A stretch of DNA of 64,000 bases from an uncultured Candidatus Saccharibacteria bacterium (GCA_964613485.1 CAZTHB010000001.1:21064-85063); one strand, 5' to 3'. Counted from the first letter of the stretch, positions 10,123-20,406 are shown. The notes: generated from the sequence alone by a model not told the origin. Numbers and translations: made by a program.

Positions 10123-10524
10123 TTACGCTGCAGCTTTATCGTCGAGTAACCCCAAATGCTTGCGCACAATATGAACTACATCGGCCATAGCGACCTGACT
10201 CTTGATAATATAGTCATCAACGCCGAGTGATTTTGCTTTCTGCACATCTCGATCGCTTGATAATGCCGACATCATGATAACCTTGGAGTTCTTTGTTTGA
10301 GGAGTATTGCGCAGAATATCCAGTACATCAAACCCCGATACTCGTGGCATCATAATATCCAGCAAGATGAGGTCTGGCTTGGTCTCGAGTACCTTCGCAA
10401 GCGCCTGTTCACCATTATTTGCCCACGCTGTGCCGAAGCCCTCAGCTTCGAAGCGGGCCATGTAGACGCTTGCCAACTCCTCGTCGTCTTCAACGAGAAG
10501 AATCATTGGCTTAGCTTTTGTCAT
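10123..10524 (-). CDS. Single-domain response regulator (receiver only)
   Basis: LLVEDD, LLDIMMP (phospho-Asp), MMSA, YIIK. Confidence 0.9.
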   Translation of the reverse strand: MTKAKPMILLVEDDEELASVYMARFEAEGFGTAWANNGEQALAKVLETKPDLILLDIMMPRVSGFDVLDILRNTPQTKNSKVIMMSALSSDRDVQKAKSLGVDDYIIKSQVAMADVVHIVRKHLGLLDDKAAA

Positions 10525-12182
10525 GAGTTATTCGTCTTACTCCGCTTAGTATTCTTGTCTATTGTAACCTGCTCATGCTTAGGAGGTAAAGCCCCTATGC
10601 TTGCTCGAATAAGCCCAGTAAACAATGGATGCGGCCGTCCGGGGCGCGACAAGAACTCCGGATGGAACTGCGAGGCAATATAATAAGGATGATTTGGGAG
10701 CTCAACGATCTCAACTAGCTGCCCACCATATGAGGTACCACTAATCTGTAGACCTTTGCGCTCAATCAGGTCGCGGTAGTCATTATTCACCTCGTATCGG
10801 TGACGGTGACGCTCGACGATATGCTCTGAGACATACAATTCTTCAGCCAGAGACCCGGCTTCCAGGCTTGTATCATAATCACCTAAACGCATGCTCCCAC
10901 CGAGCTGTACGCCAATTTGTTCAGGCATAATATGTACCACTGGATGCGCAGAATCCTTATCAAACTCGGTCGAGTGAGCACCGCTCAAGCCAGCTACGTG
11001 GCGAGCAAATTCAATCACTGCTACCTGCAATCCGAGACAAATGCCGAGATATGGTACCCCGTGCTCACGAGCGTATTGAGCCGCCACGATCTTGCCCTCT
11101 ACGCCACGTTGACCAAAACCGCCAGGGACGAGGATACCGTCGACTACCGTGAGCGGCTTCGTAGATTCGGTGAGCTTCTCGGCATCTATCCAGTCGAATA
11201 CGAGCTTACGTCCTTCTGCCCACGCCGCCGCACGTAAAGCTTCAACGACCGACAAATAGGTATCTTCGTGCTCGAGATATTTGGCAACTACTCCGATACG
11301 GACTTCCGGCATATCACTCATGATAGTCTCAACGAGCGACTGCCATCCACTAAGGTCAGGCTTGCGGCAGGACACCCCGAGGCGCTTGCAGATATACTCA
11401 CCGATACCCGACTCCTCCATACGCAGCGGAACTTCGTAGACTGTCTTGGCTGTGGGAAGACCCACAATAGCCTCTTTATCAACATCACAAAACTGCGACA
11501 ATTTCTCGAAGATACTCGCCTTAATTGGATGATCGGTGCGCACAGCCAGAATGTCAGGCTGAATACCAACTTCGCGTAGGTCTCGAACTGAGTTTTGGGC
11601 AGGCTTGGACTTAAGCTCCTTTGATGCCTCCAAATACGGCAAGAACACCACGTGAGCATACAGAACATTTTCAGCCCCTACCCGTCGCTTAAACTGACGC
11701 AGTGCATCGATAACGGCCAGCGACTCGTAATCACCGATAGTACCGCCCACCTCGGTAATCATAATGTCAAAACCCTTACCGGCTTCGAGTATCCGACGCT
11801 GATATTCATCCGTTATATGCGGTATTACTTGAACAGTCTTCCCGAGAAATGCGCCATCACGCTCATCAGCAAATACCTTTGCATATACCTGTCCGCTCAT
11901 AACAGAGCTCTGCCGAGTAAGTTGCTGATCAAGAAACCGCTCATAGTGACCCAAATCAAGATCAGTTTCCGCTCCGTCCTGCGTTACAAACACTTCACCA
12001 TGCTCAGCCGGGTTAAGTGTGCCTGCGTCAAAATTAAAATACGGGTCCATTTTCTGAATGTTGACCCGTAGTCCTCTTGCTTTTAGGATGGCTCCGATCG
12101 ATGCTGCGGTGATGCCTTTTCCAGAGCCCGAAACCACTCCACCGGTAATGAATATGTATTTTGTATCATTCTTTTGCGTCAC
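10521..12182 (-). CDS. pyrG: CTP synthase
   Basis: ITGGVVSGSGKG, GICLGLQ, RHRHRYEVN, QFHPEF. Confidence 0.98.
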   Translation of the reverse strand: MTQKNDTKYIFITGGVVSGSGKGITAASIGAILKARGLRVNIQKMDPYFNFDAGTLNPAEHGEVFVTQDGAETDLDLGHYERFLDQQLTRQSSVMSGQVYAKVFADERDGAFLGKTVQVIPHITDEYQRRILEAGKGFDIMITEVGGTIGDYESLAVIDALRQFKRRVGAENVLYAHVVFLPYLEASKELKSKPAQNSVRDLREVGIQPDILAVRTDHPIKASIFEKLSQFCDVDKEAIVGLPTAKTVYEVPLRMEESGIGEYICKRLGVSCRKPDLSGWQSLVETIMSDMPEVRIGVVAKYLEHEDTYLSVVEALRAAAWAEGRKLVFDWIDAEKLTESTKPLTVVDGILVPGGFGQRGVEGKIVAAQYAREHGVPYLGICLGLQVAVIEFARHVAGLSGAHSTEFDKDSAHPVVHIMPEQIGVQLGGSMRLGDYDTSLEAGSLAEELYVSEHIVERHRHRYEVNNDYRDLIERKGLQISGTSYGGQLVEIVELPNHPYYIASQFHPEFLSRPGRPHPLFTGLIRASIGALPPKHEQVTIDKNTKRSKTNNS

Positions 12183-12282
12183 AATTCCCTCCTCTTCTCT
12201 ACTAGTCTACGCGCCTCGGCGGTATAGCCGCAAGGGCTTTATGAGTCAAATAATGCTGGATTTTACTTGTTGTTAATATATA

Positions 12283-12311
12283 TAGACAAAATACGTATTT
12301 TAGTATAAAAT
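12283..12311 (+). promoter_or_regulatory. Sigma70-type promoter with a palindrome in the spacer
   Basis: TAGACA-17 nt-TAAAAT; AAAATACGTATTTT palindrome at 12288-12301. Confidence 0.6.
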
Positions 12312-12345
12312 AGCCTAGTTTCGCACCCACACCCAAGGAGCCATC

Positions 12346-12732
12346 ATGGCACTAACACCCACCTCAGCCTACGTTGAGGAAGCCCTAACTCTTCGCAACT
12401 CGTCACGTATCGTCGAGACGCTCCAGGAATTACTGGGAGGCGCCTCTGCCACAGTGATCATGCACAGTCCGTCTCACGATGACAGCACGCCCCGCGTGAA
12501 TGCAATGAACAACGTCAGACTCGGCACGGTCAGAGTCACCCCCACCAATCGCGTACGCGCCACACTGACGATCGAGGGAGACAAGACCGATATCAATGCA
12601 CCATTCGGCGAGGGTATGACCGGGAGCTCAGACGAGACACCACCAAAGACAGGTGTATTCACAAATGGTGACCTCGTCTGCCTGACGTATGAAACCAAGC
12701 TCGGACGTCACTACATCACGGTCATCCCGTGA
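12346..12732 (+). CDS. Small orphan hypothetical protein
   Basis: AAGGAG SD before the ATG, own promoter and terminator. Confidence 0.7.
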   Translation: MALTPTSAYVEEALTLRNSSRIVETLQELLGGASATVIMHSPSHDDSTPRVNAMNNVRLGTVRVTPTNRVRATLTIEGDKTDINAPFGEGMTGSSDETPPKTGVFTNGDLVCLTYETKLGRHYITVIP

Positions 12733-12734
12733 TG

Positions 12735-12770
12735 ATCACCCCATCAGCTCTTGGCTGGTGGGGATTATTT
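12735..12770. terminator. Terminator hairpin between convergent genes
   Basis: CCCCATCAGC-TCTTG-GCTGGTGGGG followed by an AT-rich tail. Confidence 0.65.
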
Positions 12771-12771
12771 A

Positions 12772-13998
12772 TTACTGTCGCGCTAGTTCGAGAGCTTTAT
12801 CCAGCTGTGGGTCGCGGTTTGCATTATAGTCATCATTCGTTAGCTTCACTTCAACGTCCGGCGCGATACCTTCCTTGGATATATTCACGCCCTTCGGCGT
12901 ATACCAATGCGCAACCGTAATCTTGAGCTGTGCCCCATTCGCAAGCTTACGCACCTCCTGCACACTCCCCTTGCCAAATGACTTCTCGCCAACCAATGTC
13001 GCGCGGCCATTGTCCTTAAGCGCACCAGCCGCTATCTCTGAAGCTGAAGCCGACCCCTGGTTAATCAAAACTATGACTTTCACCTTTGTGAGATTACCGC
13101 CCGGATTAGCTGTCATTGTCTTTGAGTCTGAGAAATGGCGACTGCGTTCTTCGACGATCGTACCGCTCCCCACAAACTCAGACGAAACCGAAACTGCTCC
13201 ATCAAGATATCCACCCGGGTTGTCTCGCAGATCAAGAATAACACTCTTCACGCCCTTCGAAGCTAACTCAGCCGCGGCATTACGAAACGCGAGTTCAGTA
13301 TCATCTCCGAAGCGTCGTAAGCGAATGTAGCCGACATCACCTTCCTTGATAGTAGTAGTTACGCTCGCGACCGTTATCGTATCGCGCACAATCGCAATCT
13401 CACGAGGCTTTTCCGTGCCACGCAAGATAGTCAGGGTAACTGTGGTTCCTTTATCCCCGCGGATATTCTTAACCGCTTCATCAAGCGTAAATTGGGAGCT
13501 ATCCTTACCATCGATAAGTGCAATAATATCTCCAGCCCGCACACCAGCCCTAGATGCTGGCGCCCCATCAATTGGCGCGATGATCGTCAAACGATTATTT
13601 TTGATGCCCACTTCTACCCCAATACCACTCAACTCACCCTTCAGATCATCCGATAGATCCTTTGATTCTGCTGCATCCATGTAAGTGGTGTAGGGGTCAC
13701 CTAGACTTGCAACCAATCCTCGAATTGCTCCCTCAGCCTGCTTCGAGGTATCAATATCGCCATCATAGCTTTGTTTGAGCATCTCACGGACAGTCGCGAT
13801 GTCATTCGCGGCGAAGGTACCATCGCGCAATATAACTGATGAACGCGATGACCAGCCAATAAGTGTGCCGATGACAAGTGCACCAACCACGATACCGACA
13901 CGCTGTAGCCAGGCGCTCTGTGATGCTGTTTTCTGCTTTGGAGCAGCTTTTTGCGAAGTAGATCGTGTTGGAGTCATAAGCCCTATTGTACTGGTCAA
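12772..13998 (-). CDS. ctpA: S41 C-terminal processing peptidase with PDZ domain
   Basis: LGDPYT, GIGVE, DLRDNPGG, SASASEI, FGKGSVQ. Confidence 0.93.
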   Translation of the reverse strand: MTSTIGLMTPTRSTSQKAAPKQKTASQSAWLQRVGIVVGALVIGTLIGWSSRSSVILRDGTFAANDIATVREMLKQSYDGDIDTSKQAEGAIRGLVASLGDPYTTYMDAAESKDLSDDLKGELSGIGVEVGIKNNRLTIIAPIDGAPASRAGVRAGDIIALIDGKDSSQFTLDEAVKNIRGDKGTTVTLTILRGTEKPREIAIVRDTITVASVTTTIKEGDVGYIRLRRFGDDTELAFRNAAAELASKGVKSVILDLRDNPGGYLDGAVSVSSEFVGSGTIVEERSRHFSDSKTMTANPGGNLTKVKVIVLINQGSASASEIAAGALKDNGRATLVGEKSFGKGSVQEVRKLANGAQLKITVAHWYTPKGVNISKEGIAPDVEVKLTNDDYNANRDPQLDKALELARQ

Positions 13999-14041
13999 GC
14001 CTTATACCTGCCAAGTAGTAGAGCTATCAGTTTGTTTTCAA

Positions 14042-15160
14042 CTAATGGATGTAGGTCAGTACATTTGCCGGCCACAAAGACTGACTATAGCGGCCATCCC
14101 AGTTTGCGTTGAACTCCGACACCAGCACCTGCTGCCCATCTTTGAGCACCGACTCAACGATCATGACATGCCCATATTCACCGCCACCATACACACCGAT
14201 CGCTCCAACCTCGGGCTGATCGTCAACCCGCATATTAAATTGTCGGCCCCAATTCGACCAGGTTTTTGCATCTGCTGGCCCCATAAATCCCCAAGAAGGA
14301 ATTGGTTTTCCGAGGTTCGCACGACGCCATGCCGCGAAGCTTGTACATTGACGGTAATAAAAGCCCCATGGGTCAACTCCCCAGCTCGGAAATGGCTCGA
14401 CAGAAGCCCACGGATAGTCAGTGGTAGAAGTATACGTGCGCCCTGCACTCTGCGCCGCAATTGCTGCTGCCTGCTGAGCGCGCAGGGTATTAAGCTGAGC
14501 CTGGTCTGACTTCACCATCTCACGATATTTCTGTTCTTCTCCACGAGTTGCTTCCAGAAGTTGTGCGAGCTCGCTTTCTTTTTCAGCAATACCTTTCTCT
14601 TGCAGCTTCTCGGCGTTTTCCTTGATACGCAAATCAATCTCGAGACTATCAAGCTGCTTTTTTGTGCGCTCTATATCATCAAGCGTCTGATTAATCTTCT
14701 CACGCAATGAGTTAATATACTGCTGCTTATCTACATACTGGCTAAGGTTTTGTGACCCGGCTATCAGCTCAAGCGGCGTAACAGCACCTTGTCGGTACAC
14801 AACAGCGATATTCTCGCCGAGGAGATCAGTCTGCTTCTTAAGCTGTCGTTGCACTTCAGACTGACGAGCCTTGTTCTGGCTCACTTGAAGACGTGTCATT
14901 TCGAGATTCGCACGAGCCGCAGCGAGGTCGGCGCGTACTGCCTCGAGCTTGTTTTGCAGCGTATCGCCCTCAGCCTGCTTCTGCTTGACGAGAGCTTGCT
15001 TATCTTGGATCTGCTTGGACAGCGCATCAATGAGCGGCTGATATTCATCCGCGCTCACGCGCCTATGTCCGACCATCATCAATACACCGAGCAGCATAAC
15101 GCTCAAAACAGATACGCCTAGAAGATGCTTGAGCCAGGGATGATGTCGTTTTTGTTTCAT
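14042..15160 (-). CDS. Coiled-coil CHAP-domain peptidoglycan hydrolase (PcsB/CwlO-like)
   Basis: Signal peptide, long coiled coil, RQCTSFAAWR and GHVMIVE CHAP motifs; downstream of ftsEX. Confidence 0.9.
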   Translation of the reverse strand: MKQKRHHPWLKHLLGVSVLSVMLLGVLMMVGHRRVSADEYQPLIDALSKQIQDKQALVKQKQAEGDTLQNKLEAVRADLAAARANLEMTRLQVSQNKARQSEVQRQLKKQTDLLGENIAVVYRQGAVTPLELIAGSQNLSQYVDKQQYINSLREKINQTLDDIERTKKQLDSLEIDLRIKENAEKLQEKGIAEKESELAQLLEATRGEEQKYREMVKSDQAQLNTLRAQQAAAIAAQSAGRTYTSTTDYPWASVEPFPSWGVDPWGFYYRQCTSFAAWRRANLGKPIPSWGFMGPADAKTWSNWGRQFNMRVDDQPEVGAIGVYGGGEYGHVMIVESVLKDGQQVLVSEFNANWDGRYSQSLWPANVLTYIH

Positions 15161-15185
15161 GTTTTTGTATGGGCCAATAAATTAC

Positions 15186-16286
15186 CTATCGAATGTAGCG
15201 AACGCCCCCAAGTTGACTAAACGGAATGGTGCGAGTGGAGTACCCGCCACGTGGACTGTAGTTGTACTCGCTAATCGTAATCGACGAACCATTATTGGAT
15301 TCGACAATCGCAACATGTCCCCACGGTGATTGGTTGCCGTATGGCCAGGCAACGATATCACCATACTGCGGCGTAAGGCTAGCCGAACCACGATACCACC
15401 AGTCGCCAGCGTTACCCCAATACATCGGAGCCCAACGACCCATTGCCGCCCGCTTCCACGCTGCATAGCTCACGCACTCGCGGTTGTAGTACCCGTAGTC
15501 ATCGACAAGGCTGTCTTGAGCTGCCAAGCACCATACATTTGGATAGCCACCGCCACACTGGCCACCCGGACGAAAGCTCCCGCCTGCGGCCGTATTACGG
15601 GCTATCTCTGCCGCGCGAGCCGCAAAGACCGAATCCAGCTGCTGCTTATTCTTCGCAATCATCCCCTGGTAAGCAGCTTCCTGCCCCTTCGTCTCAGCTA
15701 AGAGCCTAGCTTGTTCTGCTTTCTTCGCACTAATCTGAGCTAGTTGCCCCTGTTGATTCTCTTTTTGGGCAGACAAATCAGCTTTAGCCTGTTCCAGCTT
15801 GACCTTAGTAGCATTGATCGCATCAATGTTGGACTGGATCTTCGCCTTGATGTCTTGCAAGTATTGTTGTCTACCCACAAAATCACTCAGGTTCTGACTC
15901 GAAGCCAACACCTCAAGCGGTGTGAGATCGCGGTCTTTATACATGACGCGAAGATTTTCACGCAGGCTATCAGTCTGCTTGGCCAACTCCGTAGTATTTG
16001 CCTCGATATCGGCTTGCGTTTTTTGTAACTGAGTCTGAGTAAGATTAAGCGCGGCTTGAGCAGCAGCGATTTCGGCATTGAGCTGCGTAACTTTGCCCTG
16101 CAGCGTAGATGCTTCTGCAGCCTTTTGACTCGCTGCTGACTGATTTTGCTTTATTTGTGACTGGAGCGCATTGATCTGCTCATCATAATTTATCGCATAC
16201 GCAACAGACGCATTTCCGACTAATGTAAGTGCAGAAACGATAACGAGCACGCGCTTAACGTGCTTCTCAAGTGTAACTATATTCAG
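15186..16286 (-). CDS. Coiled-coil CHAP-domain peptidoglycan hydrolase, paralog; start probably CTG 16286 (track start GTG 16250)
   Basis: RECVSYAAWK and GHVAIVE motifs; AAGGAGG SD 5 nt before an in-frame CTG. Confidence 0.88.
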   Translation of the reverse strand: MNIVTLEKHVKRVLVIVSALTLVGNASVAYAINYDEQINALQSQIKQNQSAASQKAAEASTLQGKVTQLNAEIAAAQAALNLTQTQLQKTQADIEANTTELAKQTDSLRENLRVMYKDRDLTPLEVLASSQNLSDFVGRQQYLQDIKAKIQSNIDAINATKVKLEQAKADLSAQKENQQGQLAQISAKKAEQARLLAETKGQEAAYQGMIAKNKQQLDSVFAARAAEIARNTAAGGSFRPGGQCGGGYPNVWCLAAQDSLVDDYGYYNRECVSYAAWKRAAMGRWAPMYWGNAGDWWYRGSASLTPQYGDIVAWPYGNQSPWGHVAIVESNNGSSITISEYNYSPRGGYSTRTIPFSQLGGVRYIR

Positions 16287-16348
16287 GGTCCCCTCCTTTT
16301 GTTTGCGCCAATCCTAAAATGCGCTAATGCCAGTATAGCTTATTGATC

Positions 16349-17260
16349 TCACAGTTTCAAATGGCGTGAGATGGCGAGGTAGCTCGAGGTTGTGCCGATA
16401 AACATGCCAAGTGCATACATACCGGTAATCACGAGATTATACCGAGCCGAAACAAAATCAATCACATCCGTTGTGCTGAAATAATTCACAAACAGCGGCT
16501 TAGCGAAGTTAAGAGACGGAATGGCAATTGCGATCGCGATGGTCGCACCAATAATCCCATATACCGCTCCCTCGACAAGAAATGGACCCCGGATATACCA
16601 CTTAGTAGCGCCGACCAGCTTCATGATGTCGATCTCTTCGCGGCGTGTGAAAATCGCCATGCGGATAGTGTTAAAGATAATAAGTAACGACACGATCAAA
16701 AACGCAACTGAGATGATCGTACCGATACGACTCACCCCTTGCGAGATTTTATTTATATTCTCGACTACCTGTTTACGGACATTATTATCCTGCAGACTGG
16801 TCTGAGTGATGGCGCTTGCCTCAGGCAAGGTACGGATCTTCGCGTCAAGCGTAGCAAGATCATCGAGAGAAGTTGTTTTGACCTCGATGGAAGCAGGTAG
16901 CGGATTGCCAATTTCTTCGGCCGTCCGCGCTAACTGCTCCCCATCCTTACTACTCTCACGTAGGCGCTCGAGTGCATCAGCCTTAGAGATATAAGTGACA
17001 TTTTTGACATTCTCAAGCCCCTTAATTTCCTCTTGAAGCTTTGTCACGTCTTCCTGCGAAGCCTTCTCGCTTAAGAATACCGTCAGATCAATTTTGTCAC
17101 GAATAACTGCCAGCTGGTTTTGTAAGAAAAGCGCTGAAAACGAGAATACTGACACGATCACGAGGGTAATAACCATAATCGCAGTGGCCGCGATCGACAA
17201 CCAAGCATTACGAAACAGGTTCTTAAACCCGGACTTGATGATGCGCAAGAAAGTAATCAT
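16349..17260 (-). CDS. ftsX: Cell division ABC permease FtsX
   Basis: NTIRMAIFTRREEIDIMKLVGAT; four TM helices; follows ftsE. Confidence 0.96.
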   Translation of the reverse strand: MITFLRIIKSGFKNLFRNAWLSIAATAIMVITLVIVSVFSFSALFLQNQLAVIRDKIDLTVFLSEKASQEDVTKLQEEIKGLENVKNVTYISKADALERLRESSKDGEQLARTAEEIGNPLPASIEVKTTSLDDLATLDAKIRTLPEASAITQTSLQDNNVRKQVVENINKISQGVSRIGTIISVAFLIVSLLIIFNTIRMAIFTRREEIDIMKLVGATKWYIRGPFLVEGAVYGIIGATIAIAIAIPSLNFAKPLFVNYFSTTDVIDFVSARYNLVITGMYALGMFIGTTSSYLAISRHLKL

Positions 17261-17949
17261 TAGAGTATATACCTTCCGACTTTTTCGTCTTTCACAATCC
17301 GTCCTCGCTGAATAGTAATCACGCGACGCTTCAAGGCATTCACAATCTCTTTGTTGTGCGTCGTAAGCAATACAGTCGTACCAAACTTATTGATCTTCAA
17401 GAGCAGCTCGATAATATCCCATGAGTTCTTGGGGTCGAGATTACCGGTTGGCTCATCGGCAATCAGGATCTTTGGATTGCGCACCAAAGCCCGCGCGATC
17501 GCCACACGCTGCTTCTCTCCACCCGATATCTCGCCTGGATAATTACTCGCCTTCTCAGCCAGCCCTACTAACTGCAAGATTTTCGGGACAGCACGACGTA
17601 TCTCGCTCGTACGCACCCCACTCACTTCAAGCGCAAAGGCAACATTCTCATATACAGTGAGATTTGGTAGTAGCTTGAAGTCCTGGAAGACCACCCCAAT
17701 GCGGCGACGCAAATGAGGGATATTTTTCTTCGTGATCGTATCGTAGTCGATCGAGCCCACGATGATCTTTCCACTTGTCGGGTCTTCTTCTTTAATAAGT
17801 AAACGAATGAGTGTGGACTTACCTGCTCCAGATGAACCCACTACCGTCACAAATTCTTTTGGTTGAATATGCAAACTAACGCCGCTCAAGGCGACGGTCT
17901 TGTTTGGATACATAACTGTAACACGGTCTAGCAAAATCACTGCAGTCAT
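17260..17949 (-). CDS. ftsE: Cell division ATP-binding protein FtsE (start may be GTG 17940)
   Basis: GSSGAGKS, IGVVFQDFKLL, SGGEKQR, ADEPTGNLD. Confidence 0.96.
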   Translation of the reverse strand: MTAVILLDRVTVMYPNKTVALSGVSLHIQPKEFVTVVGSSGAGKSTLIRLLIKEEDPTSGKIIVGSIDYDTITKKNIPHLRRRIGVVFQDFKLLPNLTVYENVAFALEVSGVRTSEIRRAVPKILQLVGLAEKASNYPGEISGGEKQRVAIARALVRNPKILIADEPTGNLDPKNSWDIIELLLKINKFGTTVLLTTHNKEIVNALKRRVITIQRGRIVKDEKVGRYIL

Positions 17950-18002
17950 TTTACCACAGCCAACTCACTGCGTGGGGTCGAATTTGCTATAGTATAAGCA
18001 CT

Positions 18003-19253
18003 ATGGCACAACTCATCATCACTGGCCCTACTCCTCTCCATGGCGAATGGCATACTGCTGGGTCAAAGAACGCCGTCCTGCCAATGCTTGCGGCAACGCT
18101 CCTAAGCAGTGAACCGGTGACGCTCCACAATGTACCGGATCTGAGTGATGTAGAAGTTATGTGTGAGATTCTCGAGAGTCTCGGCGCGCAGATCACCCGC
18201 ACAGACCACGCAATACGGGTTGATCCTAGTCACATTCGAGCTGGCAGCATTCCGCAAGATCTGACAGCTAAGATGCGAGCCTCTGTCCTGGTATTAGGCG
18301 CTGCAGTTGCGCGTACTGGCGACATCGCCATTGCTCAGCCTGGAGGAGACATCATTGGTGCACGACCAATCGCCAGCCATCTTAAGGCGTTTGAAGAGCT
18401 CGGCTACACCGTCTCGATAGATAACATTAGTACTCGTGTCAGCGGCATCAATCGCGGCGGGCGCGTCATCCTTGGTGAGCTGACCGTAACTGGTACAGAG
18501 AATGCGATTATGGCTGCCTGTCTCGGCTCGCACACCACCGAGCTTCGAATGGTAGCGGTAGAGCCACATGTCGTCGACTTCTGCCACATGCTGGCTCACC
18601 TCGGTGCGAGGATTGAAGGCATTGGCACTCACAATCTCATTATTCATGCAGTAGACACACTTCATGGCGGTGAATGGCGCGTACCAGCTGACCAACTCGA
18701 ATCAGGCACTATGGCAATCGCAGCTGCAGCAAGCCGCGGAGAGCTGGTTGTACATGATTTTATTATCAACGAACACGATGCACTGCTGACTATCTTTGAC
18801 GCAATAGGAGTACGCTACCAGCTTATAGACGCCAAGACAATTCACATACTCGCCGGAGGCCCATACCGAGCGATTAATGTTCGCACCCAGCCCTACCCAA
18901 ACTTCCCCTCTGACCTCCAAACACCCTTGGCTGTCTTACTGACCCAATGTGAAGGCACATCTGAGATATTTGAGACCCTATATGAAGGACGTCTGCAGTA
19001 TCTATTTGAATTGCAGCGCATGGGCGCTTCTGTTGCAATCCGCGATGCCCATACCGGCATGATTACAGGACCAACGCCGTTGGTTGGGACTGAACTAGTA
19101 AGCTACGACATTCGAGCTGGAGCTACTATGCTGATTGCTGGCATGATCGCCCACGGCACAACCACGCTCGATCGCATCGAGCACATTGACCGCGGCTACG
19201 AACACATCGATACCCGGCTAAATGCAGTCGGCGCACGCCTTCAACGAATATAG
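18003..19253 (+). CDS. murA: UDP-N-acetylglucosamine 1-carboxyvinyltransferase
   Basis: GSKNAVLP, KMRAS, PGGDIIGARP, DIRAGA, IDRGYE. Confidence 0.96.
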   Translation: MAQLIITGPTPLHGEWHTAGSKNAVLPMLAATLLSSEPVTLHNVPDLSDVEVMCEILESLGAQITRTDHAIRVDPSHIRAGSIPQDLTAKMRASVLVLGAAVARTGDIAIAQPGGDIIGARPIASHLKAFEELGYTVSIDNISTRVSGINRGGRVILGELTVTGTENAIMAACLGSHTTELRMVAVEPHVVDFCHMLAHLGARIEGIGTHNLIIHAVDTLHGGEWRVPADQLESGTMAIAAAASRGELVVHDFIINEHDALLTIFDAIGVRYQLIDAKTIHILAGGPYRAINVRTQPYPNFPSDLQTPLAVLLTQCEGTSEIFETLYEGRLQYLFELQRMGASVAIRDAHTGMITGPTPLVGTELVSYDIRAGATMLIAGMIAHGTTTLDRIEHIDRGYEHIDTRLNAVGARLQRI

Positions 19254-20351
19254 CTAGTCTGTCGTGCCGATCTGTTTCGTGAGATACGCTTCGATAAACG
19301 GCTCAATCCCACCCGACAGGACGCCGTCAGTATCGCTTGTCTCGTAATCTGTGCGATGATCTTTGACTTTTTGATATGGATGCAATACGTACGAGCGAAT
19401 CTGCTGACCCCAGTCGGCCGAGGTGAGTTTACCGCGCAGCTCAGAAATTGACTCAAGATGCTGCTCACGGGCAAGATTTGCCAGGCGAGCTGCAAGAATA
19501 CTCATGGCTTTAGTTTTATTCTTCAGTTGTGAGCGCTCATTTTGAATGCTTACAACAATACCAGTTGGAAGGTGTGTGATACGCACGGCTGAATCTGTCG
19601 TATTCACACTCTGACCACCATGCCCACCAGCACGAAAGACATCGATACGGAGGTCTTTTTCGTCAAGTTCGACCTCCTCCATCGGAATCTCAGGTACGAC
19701 ATCGACCAGTGCGAAGCTTGTTTGACGTAGATTATCGCTATTGAAAGGGCTGAGACGCACTAAGCGATGCACGCCTTTCTCACTCTTAAGCTTACCGTAA
19801 GCGAATGGCCCACTAATCTCTAGTGTAGCGGACTTAATACCAGCTTCTTCGCCTCGAGAGATGTCAATCAATACCGCGTTCAAATCAAGCTTCTCGGCCG
19901 CCCGTGTATACATCGTCAGAAGCATCTCTGCCCAATCCTGAGCATCGGTGCCACCCACGCCAGCTGAGATCTGAATAATCGCCGGCGACTTATCGTATGG
20001 TCCGGATAACTTCACCGTCAGCATCATATTCCGAACAGACTCGGCCATACTATCTGTCGTTTCGCGAAACGCCTTCATGAGTGATTCTTCGTTCGGATCA
20101 GACATTTGGGCGAGTTCTAGGTTTGTCTTAATCGACTCCTCAATCACATCCCAGCTTTCGATAAACTTACGCAATAAGGCCGCCTCTCGACTCACCCGCT
20201 GTGCCTCTCCCTGGTCAGACCAAAAACCAGGCGCATTCATACGCGCCTCAAGCTCTTCAAGTACTTTTTGTTCAGACTGCAAATGAAGCTGCTCTTTTGC
20301 AGCCTGCACTTCTTCGAGAAGGTTTGTCAATTGGTCAATGATTGGTTTCAT
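19254..20351 (-). CDS. prfB: Peptide chain release factor 2 (continuous frame)
   Basis: SPF anticodon-mimic motif and GGQ. Confidence 0.97.
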   Translation of the reverse strand: MKPIIDQLTNLLEEVQAAKEQLHLQSEQKVLEELEARMNAPGFWSDQGEAQRVSREAALLRKFIESWDVIEESIKTNLELAQMSDPNEESLMKAFRETTDSMAESVRNMMLTVKLSGPYDKSPAIIQISAGVGGTDAQDWAEMLLTMYTRAAEKLDLNAVLIDISRGEEAGIKSATLEISGPFAYGKLKSEKGVHRLVRLSPFNSDNLRQTSFALVDVVPEIPMEEVELDEKDLRIDVFRAGGHGGQSVNTTDSAVRITHLPTGIVVSIQNERSQLKNKTKAMSILAARLANLAREQHLESISELRGKLTSADWGQQIRSYVLHPYQKVKDHRTDYETSDTDGVLSGGIEPFIEAYLTKQIGTTD

Positions 20352-20406
20352 AACGATATGTTTCGAATACGTTTATTTACAATAGATTATAGTATACCCC
20401 ATATAC

